Source of the DNA: Ylistrum balloti
Taxonomy: Eukaryota
DNA length: 64,000 nt
Direction of reading: 5' to 3'
NCBI RefSeq assembly: GCF_031769215.1
Contig: NW_026782880.1
Span: forward strand, 1 to 64,000
Every line of letters starts with the position of its first letter. The stretch's first letter is position 1. Below, piece after piece: positions 12,176 to 24,677 of this stretch. Both the position numbers and the translations under genes were made by a program. The notes under the pieces are model-generated. The model was not told the origin of the DNA. It worked only from the letters and a program-made list of their open reading frames with translations, and did no database searches.

Positions 12176-15100
12176 CCTTAACCTTGACAATGGAATTGAT
12201 AGTGAATATAACCTATCATGTAAATAAATCTGTGTCTCTGACATTAACTCTTCCTTTTTTTAGGTGAATCAGGAATCCGGAGCCGGAAACAAAATCCAAA
12301 CTATGATTTATACCTGAAAAAACAGAAAGAAAGATCAAAAAAAGCAAAAGATCACCTGAAAGAAAGAGATCTAAGGAAAGACACACATGCATTGGAAAAA
12401 AAGGCAAGAATGTTGGAAAAGCAGAGGGAGCGGCAAAAGAGATACATGGAAAAAAAGAAGAACAGAGACCAAGACCATCCAGGTGAATATCAAATGAAAG
12501 TTTCAAAGTCAAAATCCCCAAAAGTTGTTATACAGACAAGAAAGAGTATTAAATCTAAAAAGGAATATAATCGTATCAAAAAACAAGAATCCCGTGCCAG
12601 AATGTCTGTACAGAAGAAAAATTGGATAAAAAAGAAAGACCGAGAAACAAAAAGAGTCAAAAGACAACAGATCACTAACACAAAACGAAAACTTGAAACC
12701 TCCTTAACAAACATAGAAAAAACACCATTTTCTTCAAAGAAAACAGTCAGACAAGCTTTCCCATCATCACCAAGGAAGTTTGTGAAAGTGTTGGACAATT
12801 TACAAAAAAATCTCTCTCCACACAAGAAGGCAGTGATGGAAACAATCTCAGTCAAAAATGATGAAGAATTATTGATAAAAACCCTTAAAAAAACACCAAA
12901 AGGTAAATCAGCACTGAAAGAAGTAGCCAGGCAGTATAAAAACAAGAGTAGAAGATTTGTTGCGAAGAAACTGGAAATGAACAGAAGAACAATCAGTTTA
13001 AACCAGAAAAAGGTCCCTGAAGGTAAGAGGTGCAATGCTGTAAATGAAACTATCAAGAAGTTCTACTTTCGGGAGGATATTTCTAGAGTTTTGCCCAAGA
13101 AGCGTTACACTACAAACGCTGGTCCAGGTTACTTGATGCAAGTGACAGTGTCAGAAGCTCATGCATTGTACAACAAGGAACACAAATTACAAGTAAGTCT
13201 CGGACGATTTGCTGCTAAACGACCAAAGAATGTACGAAAGCTTGACATCAACTGCAGAGAATTTTGTTGTTGTGTATATTGCATAAACATACGAAAGAAA
13301 ATGCTGACATTAAGTCGACACGTAAAAAGAGAATCCAAAGTTACCTCTGAAGGTAAAATATGCGAGATGTTGCTTTGTCCTAAGTCAGATGCAGAGAGGT
13401 TCTTCAAGATGGATTGTATAAATGGAACATGTAAAACATGTGGTCCGAGGGAAACCAGAAAACAAAAGCTTAGTACTTTTTATCAAGAGATCTCAGATGA
13501 GACGCTATTGACCTGGAGTAGATGGACCTACACTGAAATTGAGAAAAAGAAAAAACGTATCCTCACTACAAGACCAGGACAGAAACATGAACTGCTCGAA
13601 GAATTCCTTAAAGACATTGAGGAGCCAACGTCAGGAACATCTTTTTTTCAACACTTGAACACTGCCAATTGGCAAACTATGCAGTTTACTTCCATCAAAC
13701 AGAACCTGCCTGAAAACTGCCTATTGCAAGTAATGGACTTCGCAAGAAACCGGGAGGTAAAATACCAGGATGAAATCAAATCGGTGTATTACAGTAAGGA
13801 ACAAATTACCATCCATTCCATTGTGTCCTGCTATAAATCCTAAAATGGAACTGTCCGTGAGTCAGATGTTATCATATCAGAGGATATCAACCATGATTAT
13901 CATGCTGTCCAGCACTATCAGGACATTGTCTACAACCATATAATATCCACCTGGAGGGAGCCTGAAGAAAATGTAGTGTTTAGTGATGGTTGTAGTGCAC
14001 AGTACAAGAGTAAGGGCCCATTTAGAGATCTTGCCAATTTGAATAGAAAAGTGAACAGAAATTTTTATGGATCAGAACACGGAAAGGGAGACTGTGATGC
14101 TGAAACAGGCGTAATCAACAAAGCCATCGATAGAGCTATCAATGGGAACAAGGTTATCATAAATAATGCACTTGATACTTTTCATTACTGTAGATATCAT
14201 CTGGAAATCGATGATGTATTTTCAAAAAGAAAGTTCTTCTTCGTGAAGAAAGATGACATCAGCAGAGAGAAACAAATGGACATAAAAACTGTAAGTGGTA
14301 CAAGGAAATTACACCAAATTCAAAACGACCCTGCTAACCCCGGAGTATTATACACTCGAGAACTTTCATGCTTCTGTTGCAAACCTGACCAAAGACACAA
14401 TATCTGTATCAACAGCAAAAGCATACAACCATATAAGAGGATTCAGCTACAAAGTATTGAACAAAATGCTTCAAAGTTGAAAAGCACCAAGGAGACTACA
14501 AAAGACACTGAAAGACAAAGTCATGAAGATGAGAAGTTGCAGACAGCGCACAAGGGCAACAACAAACGGACAGAAATTCGTGCTAGAAAGAGATCGCAGG
14601 AAAAAGATTTAGAGACTATACCATTAAAACAGAAAACCTTGTCAGACAAAACTACATCAAACAAAGGAAAACTGGAGACCACTACAGTGGAAACACCACA
14701 ATCCACAGAACCAGTGTTTACAGATATCTTAAAAACCCTAAGAAAGTGCAAAACCTATGAAGATTTGAAGACCAAGGCTTTCTCTTATGCACAAGTCATT
14801 CCAGATGTGAAAGCCAAGAAGAGATGTTTCTCTAGGAATACATTTACAGTTGACGCTGTAGCATTGGAGCTTCTTCCTTGTGACACACCAGGGGAAGCTA
14901 AATATCCGGTAGTAGTTGGCGCCGATGGCAACTGGCTTCCCCGCTGTGGTTCCATTCATATATTTGGGAATGAAACACACCATGAAGAAATTAGGGCACG
15001 CATAGTCATAGAGATGGTAACAAATGAGGATATTTATTTGGACTGGCACCATTTGGCTAAAGGGACCCCTCTCTGGTAAAGCTGCTCAAAGATTACCTGC

Positions 15101-16455
15101 ACATTACGCTACATATTCAGAGCAATATATACAGGGAGACATCCTGACCAATGATATCATTCGAAGTATTTATCATCAGGAAGCGTTGGAAGTTGTGAAA
15201 AAGTCCTCTTACATGGGCATTTGGCAATTGTTCGCATTATCCACAGTGATGCACAGTTCTCTGTTTTCTGCTTACCCTGAGCTTGGAAATCCAAATGTAA
15301 GGATGGATCTTCACAGACAAATATTACCATTGGGGAAGAAGACTACAGATGTCTGCATTATGTGGTCATCGACTAGATCAGATATGCAGTCCAACCACTG
15401 GGTCCCCAATCATTTTGTCCCCATGCTGCCCATGGATCTACCTGCTGATGTGATGGATGATCATACATGTATGTTTGAGGATGGTGACGATCAGCCAATG
15501 GAAATCTCAGGCCTATCGGATGTGCTGGAATGTCTTGGATTTGAATATGAGGTGAGTACCTTATATATACCATAATACATTTCCATTCTAAATCAATGCT
15601 TGGTACTCCATTTAGCACGAATTGTGGAGTAATTTCTACATATATATACATTTATGAGGAATGTGTTGTTAAATGACTAGGTCTGTTAATCGGACGTTGA
15701 GTCTGATACACACTATGAAATCTAATTATTAATTCAAAACATTTTAATAAGTCATCATGACATGTATACAAATTAAAAACAACAGTTTAACTTTTTACTG
15801 TCCTGCTATTTTGTTTCCGCTTTTATATAATATGACCTGTGCTATTCATCTGAAGTAAGTCCCTATGCATTATTTTGTTTACATTTTCATCAGTTATTGA
15901 ACTGTATATATGTACTCATTAATTTTGATGATTTGCTTGACAGCTATCTTCATCCATGGAGGATCTAGCTCCTTTGCTGACATCACAGCAGTTATCTCCA
16001 TCCATATACGAGCAGCCATCTACACCTGTAGTTGATCCAAATCCATGGCCAGCTCTCTCACAATCAAGGTACATGACTTATATTAAAAAAATATTAGTTA
16101 AAAATATGAATTTTTTAAAACTTATTAATGAAAGGTATTGTCCTAAGCTAACAATGTAGTTTGGCACAGATATCATGAATTGGCTAGCCATCACCATTCA
16201 ACGTTTTTTTATGTACTGTTTAATTGGAATAGACACCAATATTTTGCACATGAAATATTCAAATTACTGTGACTGTAATATTTATATACCTTCCATGTAG
16301 TATGGAATTTTGCATTTTTCGTTTTTGAAGTTCGCACACAAAAATCACTGGACACATTACTTTCAGGTTGTTCCTGCCTGGGACAAACTTGTGGATAACA
16401 ATTTCAATAGTTTTCCTCATATATACAGCGTATATACATGTATATATTTAATTCA

Positions 16456-16943
16456 TTTACAGCATCAAATTACCAAAAGAGGATTTGGTCCATGGACACC
16501 AGTCTCCCATGTCTCCCATATGTGACTTTAAGGACAATATTGACAATTTAAGCTCAAGGTTTGTAGAAATTTTCGTCTAGTCTAATGGTCTACTCTAACC
16601 TATATAGCGTGTTAACACGAAATGTATTCGTCCATTAGGTATACTAGTTCAGTAATGTTAAGGGAATCTCAAGTATGTTGTGATAAAACTTAAGTCTGAA
16701 TTTATTTTAATTTACAGCATCAAATTACCAAAAGAGGATTTGGTCCATGGACACCAGTCTCCCATGTCTCCCATACGTGACTTTAAGGACAATACTTACA
16801 ATTTAAGCTCAAGGTTTGTAGAAATTTTCGTCTAGTCTAATGGTCTACTCTAACCTATATAGCGTGTTAACACGAAATGTATTCGTCCATTAGGTATACT
16901 AGTTCAGTAATGTTAAGGGAATCTCAAGTATGTTGTGATAAAA
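16456..16943 (+). repeat. Tandem duplication (period 255 bp) containing a 96-bp phase-2/phase-2 exon
   Basis: tttacag|catcaaattacc...gctcaag|gtttgt occurs at 16456 and 16711; both exon copies are open. Confidence 0.9.
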
Positions 16944-18876
16944 CATTTGATACAACTTGAGTCTGAATGTTATGAAAGAGAAGGATTTTTAAATAAGGCA
17001 ACCAAAGATATGTTTTTCGAACATATGTTATTTCTCAAATATTTGCTATTAGTTTGCTTATGTTGTCATGTCTCAAAGCAGTAAATTTGTTTCTGTAAAT
17101 TTATGAAGTTAAAATCAATATCTCGACACTTCTTTTTCCTGTTTCAATGGATGGTAGAGTTTCTATTTTGAATTTGAAACAAATGCCCCTATCCAAATTT
17201 ACAGGTTTATCTCAGGGACATATATCTCTGTCAGCCATGGCAACAGAGTGTTTCCTGCTGTTGTAAGTGAATCATAAGTTGATGATTGATTGGATACTGA
17301 TCATGAGAGTAATATTTGTGAACGTGTTTTTCTTGAGGGTTGGACAGGGGGAAAGAAATTTACCAGACTTATGACCTTATATTATTCTGTTTATATTTAC
17401 TACTGAAATGATGTGAAATCAAGTATTTATAAAGCAAATCAAGTGATTTACAGTATTCAAGTTACCACATCTATATTGTTGATAACTATTATCAATACAA
17501 TTTGATAATGAACTGCAACCCCAATCCCAGAAGTTAAAACCAACATCTCACAAAATATTATCTTCAATTCAGTATCTTTGTTTGATTGACATTTTGATTA
17601 CTTTTGTATTACATGTCAGTTGTTAATCATGTTGAATTAATTTTGATTGTTCTTAAAATATGCCCTTGGAAGACCAATGAGATACATTCCTCTTCCATTG
17701 GATCATATATTGATTTTGATTCATTTAAAGTGGTGAATTATATAATGTTTGTGTTCACTCTGAAGAAAATAAGTATTTGTTGTTTGAATGAAAAGCGAAG
17801 TTAAAAAGACACCATATCCAAAAGATGAATAATGGCTTTAATTGGAATTATGTATTGTAATTCAAATCATTGATTGATAACAGTAAAATAAATTATGAAT
17901 ATTATTAGTTATTCTGTCCATATGGTCAAATCAAGTTCATGGTCCATTTTACTTATGTCATAATAAGTCATTTGCTAAGTTTCATTTTCTCTGGGCACTT
18001 ATTGGTATTAACAATATCTATAGCACTGATTCATATTACACATTCTTTCCAACTGCCACCAATTGCAGTCATACCTATATTTACTTAGGTTGAGAATTGG
18101 CCATGGGTCACATTTTTCTGCCAGTCATCCAAGAAAGGGAACTGGATACCCGGAAACATCCAACACACAGTTGTTGAATCTGATGTCTTGCAGATTCTTG
18201 ATGCTCCAAACATGCAGATGTCTGGCACAAGGATTCACTACCAGTTTGGTAAGATAGATTAAGACATGTACTTCATTAAGTATCAATGTTGAAAATATAT
18301 ATATAGTAAATATTTACAATACTGTATATATTGTATATATTGTAGAATATTACATTTGTATTTTCACTCCTGTACAAAATATTGGTTTATTTGTACATAC
18401 AGTTTTATTTAATGAGACAAATGGTAAATCAATATCTATTCTATTGAACCATTTCTAAACACACCTTTGATTTTTTTTTTTTTTTTTACTTTCAGAATCA
18501 CTTTGAAGAATATCCACAGACTACAATAAAACAATTTGAATTTGAATCTGAATTGTTGTTGCTTTTTTCTGGCTCATTAGTCCACCATATTACTGGATAC
18601 AAAAACTTACCCTTCCATTTTCATTTTAGAAGAAATTAGACAATTATTTTAGGAAAAAAGATATCCAACTTTAACTACAAAGATACATTTAATATATATG
18701 CAATAATGTAACCTCATTATGTTTTCAAGTTATGTAGCACCGCAATGTCCCTGCATTGTTATGTCTTGATCTTGTCTGATAATTGCTTTCAATAGAAGTA
18801 AATGTTGAAATGCTTACAAACAGATCTTAATAAAATATAGTTATAACAATACCAGTCAAAATAAAACTAAAAACAA

Positions 18877-19340
18877 ATGTCTGTCAAATCATGACATTAT
18901 AAAGAAAATGTCTGTCAAAGTATGACATTAGCAAAACCTTGTCTGTCAAAGTATGACATTAGCAAAACCTTGTCTGTCAAAAGAATGACATTAGCAAAAC
19001 CTTGTCTGTCAAAATGTGACATTAGTCAAAAGATGTCAGTCAAAAAGTGACATTTGCAATTGTATTTTTTTTAAATCATTCTTTATTATGAACTTTGAGA
19101 ATTCTACCAAAATGTTTTCTTTACACAGATGAATTTTTTTATAATTTTTTTCATATATGTCTGTCAAAATGTCCATCAAAATATGACATTAGCACTTAAT
19201 TCTACCAAAATGTTTTCTTTACACAGATGAGTATAATTTTTTTCAAATTGTAACAAATATATCAAATATTTACGTGCAAATTGGAGGTATTCAAATTTAT
19301 GTCCGTCACTAATGTCATATATGTCTGTCAAAATGTCCAT
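18877..19340. repeat. Right cluster of TGTCTGTCAAA..ATGACATTAG repeats (~30-bp period) plus small local duplications
   Basis: Six or more degenerate copies at 18877-19040 and two more near 19158 and 19321. Confidence 0.75.
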
Positions 19341-20074
19341 CAAAATATGACATTAGCACTTAAGATTTAAAAATTAAATTAAATTAAAAATTCAGCTCTT
19401 CCCAGCCACGATTTATGTAAAATATGCTTCAGAAGAGGCTTTTGCATCAATATCTGAACTTTTCAGCAAATTTTACTGAGTCATATTTTCTTCTCAATAT
19501 GGAAGATGTCATAAAGGCCCAAAGAGAACACCCCCCCCCCCCTCCCCTGCCTTTGGCATGGGTAGTCTTTGTATGTATACATGTGGCTGTTAGTTAGTCC
19601 AGTGGGTGTCATTCACTGTGATTGTTTACTGCAAGTCTTCACTGTTATCTATTGATTATTTCGTGTCCAAATCAAAGCTGAAAAAAGCTTTAAAGCAGAT
19701 TAAATGTTCAGTTAATATTAAAATTTGGTAATTTAAAAAAAAAAAATTAATTCTACGAAAAAAAATGAAGTTGTAATTTGAAATTGAAAAACTTTTTTGT
19801 ATAGGTATATGTAGGAATTATTCAAGTTTATATACCAATTTACAGAACTGAAATATCTTAATAATTGCAAAATCTGTTTCATTTTTCCGGACGCTTGGTG
19901 TCTGTGATATGTACAGCAAAGTGTATGTAAAGCTGAGTTAAAATCTCAGTCTGAGAGGGGTTTTTCAATTCTTCATAACTCCTGTTTTATTTGACCTACG
20001 CTGATTCTGTTTACGCCGAAATGTTTGAAATAGCTCACAGTTGATGAAAATATTTTTTTTTTTAAATTTAAAAA

Positions 20075-20509
20075 ATACTTCCGGGTTCAGTACCCACGAA
20101 TGAAGTCCCTAAAAAATGTATGTATATTTGGGAAAAAAATAATATGCCTCTTTGAAATGGATGTTTGCCTATAAATTTGCTGTAGATGTGTTATAGAGAT
20201 GATAATCTAGCTGTCAGTGTGTAAATCATTCATATTGAACATGTATTTTGTGCTGCAGGATCCGGTGTAAAAAGTCCTGTTTTCACCTTTACCCCTGACC
20301 CGGATGTATATAATTGACGTTGGTGACACACATGGAGGTATATCTCCAGAAAATGCCCAACATGATGGGTTGAAACTTTTACATTTTGCTTCTCAGATGT
20401 TGATCTTGGCCAGGTGAAATGGAAATTTGCAGATGAAACTTTGGGACTTAGTTATGAATTTTAATGTTACAATGAAACATATAGTGAAATTAATTGTGGT
20501 CTTAGTCCT
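20075..20509. repeat. LTDR copy 1, left TIR deleted
   Basis: Matches the other LTDRs from atacttccggg onward. The ~40 bp containing gtgtcctataat-aggactaagaccacaattaa is missing, with A-run microhomology at the join. Confidence 0.85.
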
Positions 20510-20788
20510 TAATGACATGCCTAAAAATCCATGTTTTTATTTCTCATACCCACATTTTTTGACCGATTCTCATACAAATTGGCATGGTTGTTCTATATTT
20601 CATGACTGATTAGGTAGTGAAATAATTTTTAATTCATCACTTCGATTATAATTAAAATTTTAATTAAATTAAATTTTTAGAAAATTTTTAAACTTTATTT
20701 TCTGGAGTGATCAGGACATCTATAAATAACATCAAATTAGCATATTTGTGTTCTTGTGTATTCCTACGCCAGATTTTTAAAAGTTAAG

Positions 20789-21170
20789 ATGGAGGATTTT
20801 TTTCAAATTATACAAGTACAAGATCTTAGAAAATTCTGTGGTTAGCCCAGATAATGGCTTGTGTAGGATTTGGATTGGACCTGTAACAAGGACAGGGAAA
20901 TATGGAATTCTGTCATTTAAGGACCCCAGTGATTTAAAATGGAAAAAGAAACATGCACACAGACTTGCTTTTATTTGTTTTTCTGAAAATTTAGAATTGT
21001 CAAGTGATCTGGACTGTTCCCATCTCTGTCATAATAGTTTATGTTTAAATGTAGAGCACATAAGTTCAGAACCTCATTTTGTAAATAATAACAGGCAGTA
21101 CTGTTTAAATTCAAATGTGTGTTATGGTCATTTAGGGTTCAGTGACTGCATGTTGAATTTGAAAATGTAA
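20789..21170 (+). CDS. His-Me finger (His-Cys box, I-PpoI-like) endonuclease, copy 1; +1 frameshift just after the ATG
   Basis: HAHRLAF..DCSHLCHNSLCLNVEHISSEPHFVNNNRQYC..C.GH...DC matches the SHLCHN..C.NP.H..E....N..R..C signature. The ATG at 20789 is out of frame by one base at a T7 run. Confidence 0.85.
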
Positions 21171-21367
21171 TTGAGTTTTTATTGATTTGAGGGTATTAGC
21201 TATTGTACACTGATGTATACAACATTGTCCGACTACCACCACGTGGAGGTTCCCTCATTAGGTAGTCATATATTTTGTTGTTGTTGTTGCTGTTGTTGTT
21301 ACATTATTTTGTGTTTTTTTTCTGATTGTTGACATGTCTCTAATAAATTTGTTGTCACCTCTTCTTC

Positions 21368-22597
21368 TCAATACAGGTGGTCCTGAGGTCGGTTGTCTCC
21401 CCTACATGGATGGATGTTGGGATCTAGCTGACCTCTCCTGTAGTCAGACTTCCGAGCGGACCTGGACCTTTTCGCATGCTGCTTGTGCTGTTCTGCTAAC
21501 AACAACATACTTCTTTTCTTGACAGCAGGTTTGTATTGGTGGTGGCGTTGATATATTTCCTCTGAGCTGAGTTGATTAAGTTTATGTTTGACCTCCCTAC
21601 TTGATTGAAGAAGCAGTTGTATTCAAACCTAATGACACAGTGATCAGGTGACATCATATCCTTTCCCTCTCAGCCAAGCTCCTGTCCAGCAAAGTTTGTT
21701 GTGGAGGGCACGTCCAAGTATCCACTTCTTAGGGGTAGATGTCTCGATACCCAGACTTAACCCCTGTGAGGCATTCATCCCTGGCTTCTTAGCACTTCCA
21801 AATGATGTGCTGTTGTACCGCCCATCCACAGCTAGTCCGATGGTGCTCGGGGAATCATCTCCTCTCAGGGTGTTGGCCTCCACCACCAGTCTGGTCTTCT
21901 CGGACATGTCCTTTTTGTTGAGGGCAGTAATGTCCTTGGACACTTGATTTGCCTGTCGCTGCACTCCACTCTTGGCTCCTGCAGGTATATTCAGGTGTCC
22001 GAGAAGTAACGTGGCTCCTTTGGTGCTGACAGCCTGGCCACACAAAGCTGAAGGCAGGTACTTGTTGACAAGGGCTGGCTTTGGTCCGGGCTTATCCGTG
22101 TCTGCCTCTCTATGTAGTTTGTACAGTGGAGATCTGTACTGGCATTTATTACATCGGACAGCACAACTCCATCCCAGAGCCCTTTTCCGCTCGGTGTCCA
22201 GTTCAAACTCCGGTACCATGCATGATGTAGTGTTTGGTTGTCCGGCGTGAAGTCTGATGATGTCGTTCCACATTTTCACCATCAACACTATGTCGATGAT
22301 CCGGTTTCCTTCTATTACAGGCTCAGAGTTGGATTCTTCAGCTGTAACAGTTGCCGGCCGTAGTATCCGTGTTGGACAAGGTCTGTCTCCAGTATCTGTT
22401 GTTACCAGGGAAAGGCCGTCAGGACTGGGCTTGGTGATCAGCTGAAATTCCTGGGTGGTCAGTCTTCTGGTCAGAGCTGGTCTCTCTTCTCTGGTGACAG
22501 GTACCTCAGGATCTTCAACTTTAAATACCTGGCCCTTATTCTTTGGAACATTTCCAGGCTTGAAATAATTGTTCCTTCTCTTTCTGTCTCCCTTCAT
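21368..22597 (-). pseudogene. KolobokP-type DDD/E transposase, internally deleted, copy 1
   Basis: The 317-aa N-terminal part (21644-22597) has EGNRIID, C..C zinc ligands and the first catalytic Asp in LAVDGRYNS, and stops abruptly after CWTGAWLRGKGYDVT. An ~80-codon open stretch at 21368-21620 (YQRHHQYKPAVKKR..SDYRRGQLDP..DHLY*) looks like the C-terminal tail. Confidence 0.8.
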
Positions 22598-23364
22598 ATT
22601 GGTAATGGTCAGTAATGGTCAGTAGTGGTCAGCAGTGGTCAGTCAGAAGTAGTCAGATGTATTAAGAATACAAAATTCAAACTGAAGCTGACCACTTGAT
22701 TGGTCATTGTGATATACACATCATTGCCTGTTTGATAATATAACATCAAAGGTGTTTCAGAGACAGGGAGAGCCCCAAAAGTAAACATAAAGGCCCAAAG
22801 AGAACACCCCCCCCCCTCCCCTGCCTTTGGCATGGATAGTCTTTGTATGTATACATGTGGCTGTTAGTTAGTCCAGTGGGTGTCATTCACTGTGATTGTT
22901 TACTGCAAGTCTTCACTGTTATCTATTGATTATTTCATGTCCAAATCAAAGCTGAAAAATGCTTTAAAGCAGATTAAATGTTCAGTTAATATTAAAATTT
23001 GGTAATTTTAAAAAAAATTAAAATTCTACGAAAAAAAATGAAGTTGTAATTTGAAATTGAAAAACTTTTTTGTATAGGTATATGTAGGAATTATTCAAGT
23101 TTATATACCAATTTACAGAACTGAAATATCTTAATAATTGCAAAATCTGTTTCATTTTTCCTCACGCTTGGTGTCTGTGATATGTACAGCAAAGTGTATG
23201 TAAAGCTGAGTTAAAATCTCAGTCTGAGAGGGGTTTTTCAATTCTTCATAACTCCTGTTTTATTTGACCTACGCTGATTCTGTTTACGCCGAAATGTTTG
23301 AAATAGCTCACAGTTGATGAAAATATTTTTTTTTAAATTAAAAAAAAAAAAAGTGTCCTATAAT

Positions 23365-23819
23365 AGGACTAAGACCACAATTAAATACTTCCGGGTTCAG
23401 TACCCACGAATGAAGTCCCTAAAAAATGTATGTATGTTAGGGAAAAAAATAATATGCCTCTTTGAATTAGATTTTTGCCTATAAATTTGATGTAGATGTG
23501 TTATAGAGATGATAATCTAACTGTCAGTGTGTAAATCATTCATATTGAACATGTATTTTGTGCTGCAGGATCCGGTGTAAAAAGTCCTGTTTTCACCTTT
23601 ACCCCTGACCCGGATGTATATAATTGACGTTGGTGACACATATGGAGGTATATCTCCAGAAAATGCCCAACATGATGGGTTGAAACTTTTACATTTTGCT
23701 TCTCAGATGTTGATCTTGGCCAGGTGAAATGGAAATTTGCAGATGAAACTTTGGGACTTAGTTATGAATTTTAATGTTACAATGAAACATATAGTGAAAT
23801 TAATTGTGGTCTTAGTCCT
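23365..23819. repeat. LTDR copy 2 (455 bp, 20-bp perfect TIR)
   Basis: TAAT|AGGACTAAGACCACAATTAA ... TTAATTGTGGTCTTAGTCCT|TAAT. Confidence 0.92.
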
Positions 23820-24098
23820 TAATGACATGCCTAAAAATCCATGTTTTTATTTCTCATACCCACATTTTTTGACCGATTCTCATACAAATTGGCATGGTTG
23901 TTCTATATTTCATGACTGATTAGGTAGTGAAATAATTTTTAATTCATCACTTCGATTATAATTAAAATTTTAATTAAATTAAATTTTTAGAAAATTTTTA
24001 AACTTTATTTTCTGGAGTGATCAGGACATCTATAAATAACATCAAATTAGCATATTTGTGTTCTTGTGTATTCCTACGCCAGATTTTTAAAAGTTAAG

Positions 24099-24480
24099 AT
24101 GGAGGATTTTTTTCAAATTATACAAGTACAAGATCTTAGAAAATTCTGTGGTTAGCCCAGATAATGGCTTGTGTAGGATTTGGATTGGACCTGTAACAAG
24201 GACAGGGAAATATGGAATTCTGTCATTTAAGGACCCCAGTGATTTAAAATGGAAAAAGAAACATGCACACAGACTTGCTTTTATTTGTTTTTCTGAAAAT
24301 TTAGAATTGTCAAGTGATCTGGACTGTTCCCATCTCTGTCATAATAGTTTATGTTTAAATGTAGAGCACATAAGTTCAGAACCTCATTTTGTAAATAATA
24401 ACAGGCAGTACTGTTTAAATTCAAATGTGTGTTATGGTCATTTAGGGTTCAGTGACTGCATGTTGAATTTGAAAATGTAA
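24099..24480 (+). CDS. His-Me finger endonuclease, copy 2
   Basis: Same 110-aa core and same T7 frameshift as copy 1. Confidence 0.85.
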
Positions 24481-24677
24481 TTGAGTTTTTATTGATTTGA
24501 GGGTATTAGCTATTGTACACTGATGTATACAACATTGTCCGACTACCACCACGTGGAGGTTCCCTCATTAGGTAGTCATATATTTTGTTGTTGTTGTTGC
24601 TGTTGTTGTTACATTATTTTGTGTTTTTTTTCTGATTGTTGACATGTCTCTAATAAATTTGTTGTCACCTCTTCTTC

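Larger units (their letters stand above)
10119..18506 (+). pseudogene. Spliced DDD transposase (Sola2-like, tentative) fused to a vertnin/OTU-like domain and a C-terminal Tudor-like domain; inactivated
   Basis: Hand-built exons 10119-10155, 12264-15551, 15944-16068, 16463-16558, 16718-16813, 17205-17262, 18089-18248, 18496-18506; all GT-AG with compatible phases; AATAAA at 18525. Motifs VMDFARN..QDEIKS, FSDGCSAQYKS and HGKGDCDAETG. Lesions: in-frame TAA at 13841-13843, a frameshift near 15075, and DGNW in place of the OTU-type DGNC. Confidence 0.72.

Noticed and set aside
20427-20609. Recurrent 60-aa ORF and the 62-99 aa ORFs overlapping each KolobokP unit
   Set aside because: They recur only because the DNA is repeated. 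They cross the LTDR boundary or are antisense/alternate frames of the transposase, with no motifs.
23365-23384. The LTDR termini (AGGACT...AGTCCT) equal the arms of the H1 stem-loop, and GTGTCCT occurs at the INT end, the LINE 3' end and the H1 promoter
   Set aside because: These are only 6-7 bp matches, and no KolobokP junction occurs at an H1 stem-loop in this window. Treated as coincidence.
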